From the NCBI GenBank assembly GCA_023898365.1, contig CP060219.1:133743-197742 (forward strand): DNA of 64,000 bases, read 5' to 3'. The DNA comes from Candidatus Woesearchaeota archaeon. GTDB taxonomy: Archaea > Nanobdellota > Nanobdellia > Woesearchaeales > GCA-023898365. A program made the position numbers and the translations under genes. Of the stretch, positions 18,294 through 26,814 are shown one piece after another; the first letter of the stretch is position 1, and every line of letters begins with the position of its first letter. The notes below the pieces were generated by a model. The model had not been told where the DNA came from, did not search any database, and saw only the letters and a list, made by a program, of their open reading frames with translations.

Positions 18294-20267
18294 ATGAAAC
18301 AAGTTATTATGCTCATGACGTTGGTTGTTGTGCTTCTCTCATACGGAGTCATTGCAAGCCAAGGCGATCAGCACAGAACTGATCCAGACATCTCATTTAT
18401 TGCAGTGCTCGACGATGTGGCAAGCACACAAAGCACAACAGGAACACTTACTATTACCACTACGGGCGAAGCGACCTTTATTGTAACGCTTTCCGCGGGA
18501 ACACTTGAAGGAGCCTGCACCATTAGTGACATTTCTCTCTCACAAGAAGAATTTACCTTTGTGAATGCAAGCACAGAAGAAGTCAATATCAGCGTTTCCT
18601 TACCAGCATGTGCTGCCCGAGGAAACTACACGGGACACTTGTATGCTGACGTTGACATTACAACTAATGAAACTGGCTACATCTACACAGACAACATCTC
18701 AGTAACACTCGAAGTCCTTAATCGAGCACCAGTTATTCAAGCCATTGCAGACATAACTAACCAATCTGGAAGTGCGTTTAGCATGCAAGTTGAAGCATCA
18801 GACGTTGACGGAGATGACTTAACCTATTCACTGAGCGGCACCACCGCATTAAGTATTAATCAAGAGGGACTTCTTGTCGGCACAGTTCCAGAAGGAGCAA
18901 CCACCATCGAAGTGCAAGTAAGTGACGGCACTGTTAGCGTCAGCGACACCTTCGTGTTAACCGGCACGTACCAAGGTAAACGCTTACAAACAAGCACCGC
19001 AACTCTCTTTGTTGGGGGCCCAAGCCAAGACAGAGAAACGAACTTGAGTTTCAGTTTTACCTTAAGCAACACCGGCACAGAAACCATTACGAATTTGCTA
19101 TACGGAAACAATATTGACAGCGAATATGCATTTGCATTTACGAGTGGTCCTAGCTCTCTTGCCCCAGGAGCTCAAGCTCTAGTCACAGGATATATCTACA
19201 TTCCTGACTCTAAAGACTCTGAGCGAGAACAAATCGGCATCATTGCCATAGGAGACGAAACATCAATTCTTGTCACACTCCCAGTCGATATGCAAGCAGT
19301 TTCTGAAGCAGAAATTAAGAAGCTTAAAGTGGAAACCTCACTTGAAGAAGACACCAGCGTGCAAGATGATGAGAAAGTAAAAGCACGTATCGGAGACGAA
19401 GTGACAGTCACCATCACTGTTAAAAATAAATTTAATGAAAATATTGACTTCGAAGACATCACCATTACACTTATCAGCGAAGACTTAAATGATCTCGACG
19501 AAGAAGATAGTTTTGGCGACACCATCAGAGACGGCAAAGATGAAACATTCACCATGACCTTTGACATCGATGAAGATCAAAATGATGGCGAAAACAGAGT
19601 GACTGTTCTTGTTGAAGCTGAAGATGAAAATGGAGCCATCCACACTGTCGAGCAAGACTTCATTATTGATATTAATCAAGAAGATGAAGATTATCGTATT
19701 GATGGATTCACTTTGACGCCACTTACTGTGCAGTGCGGTGGAACGATGACGGTTCGCGCAGATATTGACAATATTGGTGCAGATGATGTTGATCGCGGCA
19801 TGGTTATTTTCAGTGTTGCAGATTTGAATATTGAGCGAGTCAACAACGATGTAAGCATTGATTTTGATGACTCAGACACCATCACGTTCAGTGTTCCAAT
19901 CCCTGCAAACGCTGCGCCAGGATCATATCTTGCAGAAGTTTCAGCATATATCGGCCTTGATCGAGATGATGATTTAACCGATTCTGAAGCAACACAATTT
20001 ATTGTGACGTGCAATGATGATCAGACGTCAACAAACAACAATAACAACCAACAGACGCAAGGAAACACCGGAAACTCAGGCATTGTCTTATTAGATCAAG
20101 ATAATGAAGCATTACAAGAGCTTGTCGGCGTTAGTGCAACAGGAACAGAAAGAAAGGACGCGTCAAGTGGCATTGACACAACAGAAGTGATTCTCTTCGC
20201 TCTTGTTGTTTTAATGATCATTGTGATCTTGCTTCTAGCTGTTAATCTTATGCGTCAAAAAAAGTAG
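18294..20267 (+). CDS. Surface protein with cadherin-like/He_PIG-like module, acidic repeats and C-terminal TM anchor
   Basis: 657 aa. Signal 'VIMLMTLVVVLLSYGVIA'. Module 'NRAPVIQAIADITNQSGSAFSMQVEASDVDGDDLTYSLSG'. C-terminal 'VILFALVVLMIIVILLLAVNLMRQKK'. Confidence 0.75.
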   Translation: MKQVIMLMTLVVVLLSYGVIASQGDQHRTDPDISFIAVLDDVASTQSTTGTLTITTTGEATFIVTLSAGTLEGACTISDISLSQEEFTFVNASTEEVNISVSLPACAARGNYTGHLYADVDITTNETGYIYTDNISVTLEVLNRAPVIQAIADITNQSGSAFSMQVEASDVDGDDLTYSLSGTTALSINQEGLLVGTVPEGATTIEVQVSDGTVSVSDTFVLTGTYQGKRLQTSTATLFVGGPSQDRETNLSFSFTLSNTGTETITNLLYGNNIDSEYAFAFTSGPSSLAPGAQALVTGYIYIPDSKDSEREQIGIIAIGDETSILVTLPVDMQAVSEAEIKKLKVETSLEEDTSVQDDEKVKARIGDEVTVTITVKNKFNENIDFEDITITLISEDLNDLDEEDSFGDTIRDGKDETFTMTFDIDEDQNDGENRVTVLVEAEDENGAIHTVEQDFIIDINQEDEDYRIDGFTLTPLTVQCGGTMTVRADIDNIGADDVDRGMVIFSVADLNIERVNNDVSIDFDDSDTITFSVPIPANAAPGSYLAEVSAYIGLDRDDDLTDSEATQFIVTCNDDQTSTNNNNNQQTQGNTGNSGIVLLDQDNEALQELVGVSATGTERKDASSGIDTTEVILFALVVLMIIVILLLAVNLMRQKK

Positions 20268-20284
20268 GGTTGATTGTAAGCAGA

Positions 20285-20316
20285 TTTTTTTTTAATTTTT
20301 TTCTTTCTCTTTCTTT
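20285..20316 (+). terminator. T-rich terminator tract
   Basis: T9 and T7 runs begin about 18 nt after the stop at 20267. Confidence 0.35.
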
Positions 20317-20376
20317 TTGTTCCAGCCCTTACAGAACAAAACACTTATATACACGATTCGTCCTTTTTTTCTCAGA

Positions 20377-21879
20377 ATGGTGTTGTCGCAGAAAATTCTG
20401 CTTGGCCTCATCGCTGTTGTGAGCGTTACGTGTGTGTATCTTCTTATCGAAATAGTTTTTACGCCAACACTTACTGCTCATGTAATTACTGCATATGGCG
20501 GAGAAATAACCCAGATGAATGTCCATCTTGACACCGTGTATCAAAATGATTGGTGGTTTGCAGTCTATGGCAACATTACGAACACCACAAACAGCACAAA
20601 TATGACTACAAATTCTGCATCAAATGTTGTTGGCGCGACATTATATGTTAATTGGACGGCGTTTTTTGATAATCTTACTGAAGACCGGTATACTAATCTT
20701 AACTTATTTGCTTCAACGCATGAGAATCCAGATCTTACAAATCTTTGGCCCGTTCACCCCGCATGGGCAGATGTGCTTGTGTATGGATTTAACTGGCAAG
20801 ATGGTCGCTCAAATATGGGAACGTTTACCACGTTTCATGATTTCACCATAAACAGTCAGCTTCGTTCCTTATATAGCACGCGCACCAACAGCGTTGAAGG
20901 AGAGTATTGGGTGGGCATTGCGCGCGATGCAACAAACAATAAACCAGTCTTTGTAACTGAGATTGTAAATGGATCGGGATTTGATGGATCTCATGCAGAC
21001 TTCCAATTGATTCTTCCGGTCAACAGTACAAACATTACCTACTACTTTTCTTTTGCAAAAAAAATAGATGCTCTCTTGAATTGCACTGAAGACTTTGAAC
21101 TTAACGCCTCATTACTCGATGATAATCAGACGGTTCAGCTTAATTGGACAAATGTTACAGGAGCTACAAGTTATACGCTTTCTGTGCTTACGGGAAATGT
21201 AACAACCGCTCCTGATTTCAGAAATGCAACGAACAACTCGCTTGCAAACCCTTGGTTTACGTACGTTGATACAGGAACAGAAACTACCTTCTTTCAAGTG
21301 ACCGCCCATAAAGGCATTCAGTCATGCACCTATAACAACACGCTGGCAGGAATCTACAATATCAACACCTACGAAGGTCTCAATCTGGTAAGTGTTCCCG
21401 TCATTCCTGTTGATCCTACAATCGAAGAAGTGTTTAAGACCATTGATGAGTTATATGTTACCATTAATGAATATGACAACTCCATTCAAGATTATCATTT
21501 TTATATTCGTGTTGGCGGTTTTGTTTTTCAAGACTTTTACACCATCAATAAGGACTTTGGCTATTGGATGCTAACAGAAAATGCTGATGGCGTAGCTACA
21601 GTTGTTGGAGCAGTCACGCAACAAAAGAATGAAGCGTTACTCCCAGGAGTTAGCCTTGTCGTGTTCCCAACTCCTCCTGACGAAAATCACACCGTAGAAA
21701 ATAGATTTTCATCAGTGTTTCCAAATCTTTCTACTATTAACGAATATGAGAACAGCATCCACGATTATCACTTTTACATTCTTGTTTCAGGATTTGTGTT
21801 TCAAGACTTTTACAACGCGATTCCAACGAGAGGTTATTGGACGGTACTTACTGGTGCAGACACCATGGTGATTTCATGA
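20377..21879 (+). CDS. Sequon-rich surface protein with an internally duplicated C-terminal module
   Basis: The maximal ORF starts with TTG at 20317; the ATG at 20377 gives the signal-anchor 'MVLSQKILLGLIAVVSVTCVYLLI'. It has many N-x-S/T sequons. It contains two copies of 'INEY[DE]NSI[QH]DYHFYI.V.GFVFQDFY'. Confidence 0.7.
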   Translation: MVLSQKILLGLIAVVSVTCVYLLIEIVFTPTLTAHVITAYGGEITQMNVHLDTVYQNDWWFAVYGNITNTTNSTNMTTNSASNVVGATLYVNWTAFFDNLTEDRYTNLNLFASTHENPDLTNLWPVHPAWADVLVYGFNWQDGRSNMGTFTTFHDFTINSQLRSLYSTRTNSVEGEYWVGIARDATNNKPVFVTEIVNGSGFDGSHADFQLILPVNSTNITYYFSFAKKIDALLNCTEDFELNASLLDDNQTVQLNWTNVTGATSYTLSVLTGNVTTAPDFRNATNNSLANPWFTYVDTGTETTFFQVTAHKGIQSCTYNNTLAGIYNINTYEGLNLVSVPVIPVDPTIEEVFKTIDELYVTINEYDNSIQDYHFYIRVGGFVFQDFYTINKDFGYWMLTENADGVATVVGAVTQQKNEALLPGVSLVVFPTPPDENHTVENRFSSVFPNLSTINEYENSIHDYHFYILVSGFVFQDFYNAIPTRGYWTVLTGADTMVIS

Positions 21880-22526
21880 AAACAATACTAGGCGCGATCT
21901 TATTTTTGCTATTTGTTGCAAGTAGCTTTGCATTTCTTCCCACACCGTTTAATATTGTTGGCACCTATTCTCCTGGCCAAACAGTCACCATCCAACTTGA
22001 AAGTGGGAATCAATTGTTCGAGAAAGAATTCGTTGTGAACGCTGAAGGGTATTATGCGGGCGTTATCTCACTTCCCAGCCAAGAAGATGTTTCAGTGCTT
22101 GTTCGCAATAGTGCAGGAGATATTATTTTTGAAAATGAGGATGTTAATCCATGGAATATGCACATATGGTATTTTGAAAACGGTAATGTTCGTGATGAAT
22201 CCATTCCTGTTGAAAAACCAATTGTTGACTCCTATTTTGTTGACGTAACAGCTCTTGCTCGAGAAACAGACCCCTCGAAACCTTCTCAGGAAACAAATGC
22301 ACTGCGTGATCAATACGCATTCGATATATCTGAACCTCCCGAGGAACTCCTGCAAGAACAGGATCCAACATTCATCATCAAGGGAAGTGCAGAGCACGTT
22401 TCAGGGTATAGTGACAAGACACCGTATTTGTTCATCGTTCTTCTTCTCTTTTTGCTTCTCTTAGTAAACACCTATATCAAGGACCGAGCAACTCCTTCTG
22501 AATTGTTTGAAGATAGATCTAACTAG
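21876..22526 (+). CDS. Hypothetical type I membrane protein
   Basis: The ATG at 21876 overlaps the upstream stop (ATGA). Signal 'MKTILGAILFLLFVASSFA'. C-terminal TM 'YLFIVLLLFLLLLV'. Confidence 0.6.
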   Translation: MKTILGAILFLLFVASSFAFLPTPFNIVGTYSPGQTVTIQLESGNQLFEKEFVVNAEGYYAGVISLPSQEDVSVLVRNSAGDIIFENEDVNPWNMHIWYFENGNVRDESIPVEKPIVDSYFVDVTALARETDPSKPSQETNALRDQYAFDISEPPEELLQEQDPTFIIKGSAEHVSGYSDKTPYLFIVLLLFLLLLVNTYIKDRATPSELFEDRSN

Positions 22527-22574
22527 ATCGAATAATTCTTATTTAACGAAAAAAACATAAATTTACATAATTTT

Positions 22575-22603
22575 TAATTATATCTTAATTATTCACTAAT
22601 TAT
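22575..22603 (+). promoter_or_regulatory. Three TAATTAT direct repeats at exact 11-bp phasing (candidate operator)
   Basis: TAATTAT occurs at 22575, 22586 and 22597 inside a ~165-bp very AT-rich spacer. TATA-like TTTATAAA (22665-22672) is centred about 27 nt before the ATG at 22695. Confidence 0.4.
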
Positions 22604-22694
22604 CCATATTTTCATAAAATCAAATAATAACTATTATTTTCTAAAAATATCATAAAAAGAAAACTTTATAAAGGTAAAAGTTGAGTTCACCCAT

Positions 22695-23246
22695 ATGAAA
22701 TTAACTAGCACGAAGACACTGCCCGTGCTCCTCTCCTTATTTGAATCATTCTCCTTCACACAAACAAGTATCCACGAAGCAACAGGCGTATCTCTTGGTC
22801 GCATCAACGCCATCCTCAAATGGCTTATCGACAAAGAAATCGTGATAAAAATGACAGGAACCTACGAACTCACTCAACCCAATCGGCTTGCAGAACTCAT
22901 CGCGACCGAACTCTCACTAAAAAAGCAACAATCATTCTACATCGACCTACCAAAAAAAGAAGCGCTAGAACTTGTTAGACAAACAAAAGCACAACTGTGT
23001 TCATTTAGCCTCGCAGGCGCATTCAAAAAAGAACTAGACACACCAGAAATCCATGCATTTGGAAATGAAAAATTAACAGCAAAACTCAAAACAATCCCTC
23101 GAGGAGAACACAAACTAAATCTCTACGAACCAAACAATCTCTCATCAGAAGAAACATTCACGTCACTTGTCATACAATTCTCAATCCTAGGACAAACCAA
23201 ACTCCTTGAAAAACAAATACTAACAAAATGGAAAACACTCCAATAA
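22695..23246 (+). CDS. Putative winged-helix transcriptional regulator
   Basis: 183 aa. The N-terminal 'FTQTSIHEATGVSLGRINAILKWLIDKEIVIKMTGTYELT' has an HTH-plus-wing pattern. It overlaps the downstream giant gene by 19 nt. Confidence 0.5.
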   Translation: MKLTSTKTLPVLLSLFESFSFTQTSIHEATGVSLGRINAILKWLIDKEIVIKMTGTYELTQPNRLAELIATELSLKKQQSFYIDLPKKEALELVRQTKAQLCSFSLAGAFKKELDTPEIHAFGNEKLTAKLKTIPRGEHKLNLYEPNNLSSEETFTSLVIQFSILGQTKLLEKQILTKWKTLQ

Positions 23247-26200
23247 AAAAAGAGGTGAACCGCGAGAGTGTTCTTGCACTACTCCTACTTCTAGTTCTCA
23301 CACTCCCTTCAATAACTGCACTCCCACTTAACTATGGAGGAAGCGTCATGGGAGAATGCCGCGAGTTTGCCATAGTCAACATGTCATTTTTCTCATCAGG
23401 AAATGTAGGCAATCCCGCGTTCAGGCTAGGAAGTCAATTAGCGTATGCCAACAGCGTAGGTGTCTTTGGAAATGCGACCTCCTACAACGAAATAACAAAT
23501 CCAACCGTGGACGTCCAATTTCGAGTAACAAACCCCTCCTGTAGCGCAAGCGCAACAGGAACAAACACCTCAACAGGACATAACCTTGCTAATCCAGCCA
23601 TATTCAACGTATTAAGTACAAACCCTGTAAGCCTTATTACCCCAATAAATGGCAATGCGCAAACAACAAATCTTACGGTCTTCGATTGGACGCACACGCA
23701 TCCAACCGCATCATACATGCTTCTTATCAGCAACACCACTAACTTCGCAGTACTTGAAAGAAATATTACGGGCATAGCAGCAACCACCTATACCTTCAAC
23801 AGTTCTGAAGCACTTAATGACGGCACGTATTATTGGCGCATCATGACCTACAACAGAACAGAATACATGGCAACTTCAAGCTACGCATCCTGGCAAGTAG
23901 CAGCAGGAGCCGCATCACTTACCAGTATCACCCCCGCAAATACCTCCTGGCAATCAAGCACCACTATTAGTGCAACCGTTATCACTAACATTCCAGCGAC
24001 ATGCGCCTATTCCCAAACATCAGGAAGTTATGCAAGTAAGACGCCCATGTCAAACACGGGTGGAACAACACACACTACCACGCTTACTGCATATCAAGAA
24101 GGAAGAAATTATTTCTACTTTCAATGTAACACCTCGGTTGTTAGTCAAGAACGAACCCATTACTTCCTCGTCGACACCACCGCTCCCGATAGAACTGCTG
24201 CAGTCCTTCACATAGAAAATGATGCAACATACACAAACGACACCACCCTTAGTCTTAACTGGTCAGGATTCAGTGACGGAACAAACGGAAGCGGCATTAA
24301 TCGCTATTACTATTCATTTACCAATTCGGGAGGAAGCGCAATTGGAACCTGGACAGGATTTACCACGATAACACTTGCAGGAGCAACGGAAGGAACCGAA
24401 CAAGTTTATGTGTGGGCAAGGGACGCTGCGGGAAACATAGGACTTGCAGCAACAGATTCCATCATAGTTGACACGACTCCCCCATCCATGGGAAGCTGGA
24501 GTACGAGTCCCGCCGACTTAACAAAGTACTCAACAGGAAGCTTCACAGTGACGGTCACCATTACCGATTCGACGCCCCTCAACGGACTTCCCCAATTCAG
24601 GTATAGAGTTGGAAATGATACCTACAGCGCATATGCTGCCACAACCAGCCTTGGCAGCGACAGATATCGATTCTCAATACCTGAAGGCAGCGGTGCAAAT
24701 TCGTGGTGGAACAGGGCAGGAGACTACGTGTACTACGACGTTATTGCGTACGATACTTTTAATGAGTTAACTAATCTTACCAGAAGTGAATTTATTAACA
24801 ATCAAACAACAGCACCGGTCTTTCACAGCATAAGCGCAAAAAGTATGCTTGAAGACACGACCCTTACCTTTAACTTAACAGGAGTTGACGTTGATTTTAA
24901 TTATCTGACGTACGGCATTGTTACCAACACAACAGACCTTGATTACACCATCACCGCAATCAACGCCACGAGAAGTAGCGTAAGCATCAGTGCAGAAAAT
25001 GATGATGTTGGAACGCACACCTTGCAATTTTATGTTACTGACCAAATCTATACGATTTATCGCAACGTCACCCTTACCGTTATCAACGTCAATGATGCGC
25101 CCGTTCTTTCATCAATTGGAAACCTCGTAGGTTACCAAGGAGCTTATTTCAATCTAACGCTTAACGCATCAGATGTGGATGATACCACACTCATCTTCTC
25201 ATCAAACTCAACTTTTTTTAGCGTTAATCCAATAACTGGTCACTTCGGATTCACGCCGCTCGCATCAAACAGAGGAGTACACTCACTTGTCTTTCGTGTT
25301 CGTGATGGCAGCAATGCAGAAGATAACGAGACCGTGACGTTCACTGTAAATTACTGCGGCAACAATATTTGCGAAGCAGCTTATGAAACCTGCGGTCGCT
25401 GCGCTGTAGATTGTGGGGTGTGCGGTGATGAAGAATCCAAAGCCCTCCTTATTGAACCAGTAAACTGCGTCAATAAAACAATGACAATAGAAGTTGCAAA
25501 ACTTGTCGAGCGAGGAACTTGCTATCCACGAGGAGAAATTATTCGCAACATGGAAGTATGTGGAAGAATCGCAAGCGAAACCATATCAGTCAGTGTCTAC
25601 GATGAAGATGTCTGGGTGGAACTTGAAGAAGTAACAAGCGACGTTACTGGCGCAATCAGTTGGACACCAACAGAAGTAGGACTGCACAAACTCTCCTTTT
25701 CATCAGGAAGTTATGAAGAAGTCGAATTTACCACAAACTATTGCGGCAAAGAAGAAACTAGTTCGAGCGTTACGCAAACAAGTGATGAAGAAACAGACAA
25801 TACGAAAAAAAACACAGGATCAGACGCGACTTCGCCAACCGCCCCTGATAGGAACGCTTCGCTTGATGGAAACAGCAGATGGTTCTGGTGGACATTATTT
25901 ACCATCTTATTCTTACTTGCGGCCTATCGCATCATAAAACTTGCCTACATTAATTTGGTGCGATCAAACAAAACAAACATATTTGTCAAGTCAGTGGATT
26001 GGTTAATCAAGCTCTACTTCCTTGCAAGCATTCAAACAAACCAATTCCTTGACGATAATCCAAAAGTAAAACATCAAGTGAAAAAGATGAAACGAGCTTT
26101 GCACACAGGAATTGAGTTTTCTGCAGCACTCGCTGCCTCGCTTAAAGCAAGACTTAACTTATTTACTAAAGTCAATGTGCCCTTTTTTGCCATGAATGGA

Positions 26201-26572
26201 GAAGGAGAAGCATCTCTTCTTGTCGCCATATCATTAATGAAAATGAACAGCAAGGATTCGCTTGGCACTTTGTTCGACCGTCTCGGAGGAGCAAAAGTGC
26301 ACACTCTCCAAGCATTATGCGCCACACTTCGCGCACAAGGCATTAATGCCATGTTACGTACAGGAACACTGATCGACATCAAGACAGGTATTGACATGAA
26401 CGAAGCATGCGTTCTTGACAATGGTAAAACAAGACTTATCATCATGGGATATGATACGAATGTTGTCTATGCCCACGACTACGAAAACGGCATCAAATGC
26501 AGGAAAATACCTGATGACGATCTTGAGCGCAATTGGAATGGCGCATTCATTGCAGTAAAAAAAAGAAGGTAG
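23228..26572 (+). CDS. Giant sequon-rich adhesin-like protein with cadherin-like modules, a Cys-rich knot, a TM helix and a cytoplasmic C39-like domain
   Basis: 1114 aa. Signal 'VLALLLLLVLTLPSITA'. Modules 'NDAPVLSSIGNLVGYQGAYFNLTLNASDVDDTTLIFSS' and 'TTAPVFHSISAK...VDVDFNYLTYG'. Cys-rich 'CGNNICEAAYETCGRCAVDCGVCG'. TM 'WFWWTLFTILFLLAAYRII'. About 215 aa of C-terminal tail follow the TM. Confidence 0.8.
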   Translation: MENTPIKKEVNRESVLALLLLLVLTLPSITALPLNYGGSVMGECREFAIVNMSFFSSGNVGNPAFRLGSQLAYANSVGVFGNATSYNEITNPTVDVQFRVTNPSCSASATGTNTSTGHNLANPAIFNVLSTNPVSLITPINGNAQTTNLTVFDWTHTHPTASYMLLISNTTNFAVLERNITGIAATTYTFNSSEALNDGTYYWRIMTYNRTEYMATSSYASWQVAAGAASLTSITPANTSWQSSTTISATVITNIPATCAYSQTSGSYASKTPMSNTGGTTHTTTLTAYQEGRNYFYFQCNTSVVSQERTHYFLVDTTAPDRTAAVLHIENDATYTNDTTLSLNWSGFSDGTNGSGINRYYYSFTNSGGSAIGTWTGFTTITLAGATEGTEQVYVWARDAAGNIGLAATDSIIVDTTPPSMGSWSTSPADLTKYSTGSFTVTVTITDSTPLNGLPQFRYRVGNDTYSAYAATTSLGSDRYRFSIPEGSGANSWWNRAGDYVYYDVIAYDTFNELTNLTRSEFINNQTTAPVFHSISAKSMLEDTTLTFNLTGVDVDFNYLTYGIVTNTTDLDYTITAINATRSSVSISAENDDVGTHTLQFYVTDQIYTIYRNVTLTVINVNDAPVLSSIGNLVGYQGAYFNLTLNASDVDDTTLIFSSNSTFFSVNPITGHFGFTPLASNRGVHSLVFRVRDGSNAEDNETVTFTVNYCGNNICEAAYETCGRCAVDCGVCGDEESKALLIEPVNCVNKTMTIEVAKLVERGTCYPRGEIIRNMEVCGRIASETISVSVYDEDVWVELEEVTSDVTGAISWTPTEVGLHKLSFSSGSYEEVEFTTNYCGKEETSSSVTQTSDEETDNTKKNTGSDATSPTAPDRNASLDGNSRWFWWTLFTILFLLAAYRIIKLAYINLVRSNKTNIFVKSVDWLIKLYFLASIQTNQFLDDNPKVKHQVKKMKRALHTGIEFSAALAASLKARLNLFTKVNVPFFAMNGEGEASLLVAISLMKMNSKDSLGTLFDRLGGAKVHTLQALCATLRAQGINAMLRTGTLIDIKTGIDMNEACVLDNGKTRLIIMGYDTNVVYAHDYENGIKCRKIPDDDLERNWNGAFIAVKKRR

Positions 26573-26577
26573 AATCA

Positions 26578-26742
26578 ATGCAAACAAAAGCTAAAGATGC
26601 TGACTTGTGGAAGTTAGGCTTTCTAGGTTTCCTTGGCATGCTTGGCTTACTAGGAATCGCAACAGACAATCCAGGATTTATGGGCTTCTTTGGTTTCTTT
26701 GCCTTTTTTGCATTCTTTGGACTTAAGAAATCAAACACATAA
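26578..26742 (+). CDS. Gly-zipper two-TM mini-protein (54 aa)
   Basis: The ATG lies 6 nt after the giant gene's stop. Sequence: 'MQTKAKDADLWKLGFLGFLGMLGLLGIATDNPGFMGFFGFFAFFAFFGLKKSNT'. The maximal ORF (26533) overlaps the upstream gene. Confidence 0.5.
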   Translation: MQTKAKDADLWKLGFLGFLGMLGLLGIATDNPGFMGFFGFFAFFAFFGLKKSNT

Positions 26743-26814
26743 GATGCAAAAGATCAATCTATTTCTAGAACGAGTTATATTAGGAAAACTCGAAGAGTTA
26801 GTTTGTCAAAAAAA

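Noticed and set aside
21460-21830. Diversity-generating retroelement (template/variable repeat pair) in the duplicated surface-protein module or the lectin-like protein.
   Set aside because: Differences between the two copies are not adenine-specific. Both copies are in-frame parts of one gene. No reverse transcriptase ORF exists in the window.
22527-22694. Replication origin (an AT-rich spacer with short repeats).
   Set aside because: There is no adjacent orc1/cdc6, no long ORB-type inverted repeats, and the spacer is small. A promoter/operator interpretation fits better.
26547-26738. 63-aa minus-strand Lys/Pro-rich ORF.
   Set aside because: It is antisense to the Gly-zipper mini-protein, whose GGC/TTT-rich codons give a KKPK-type shadow. 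The plus-strand ORF has better start context.
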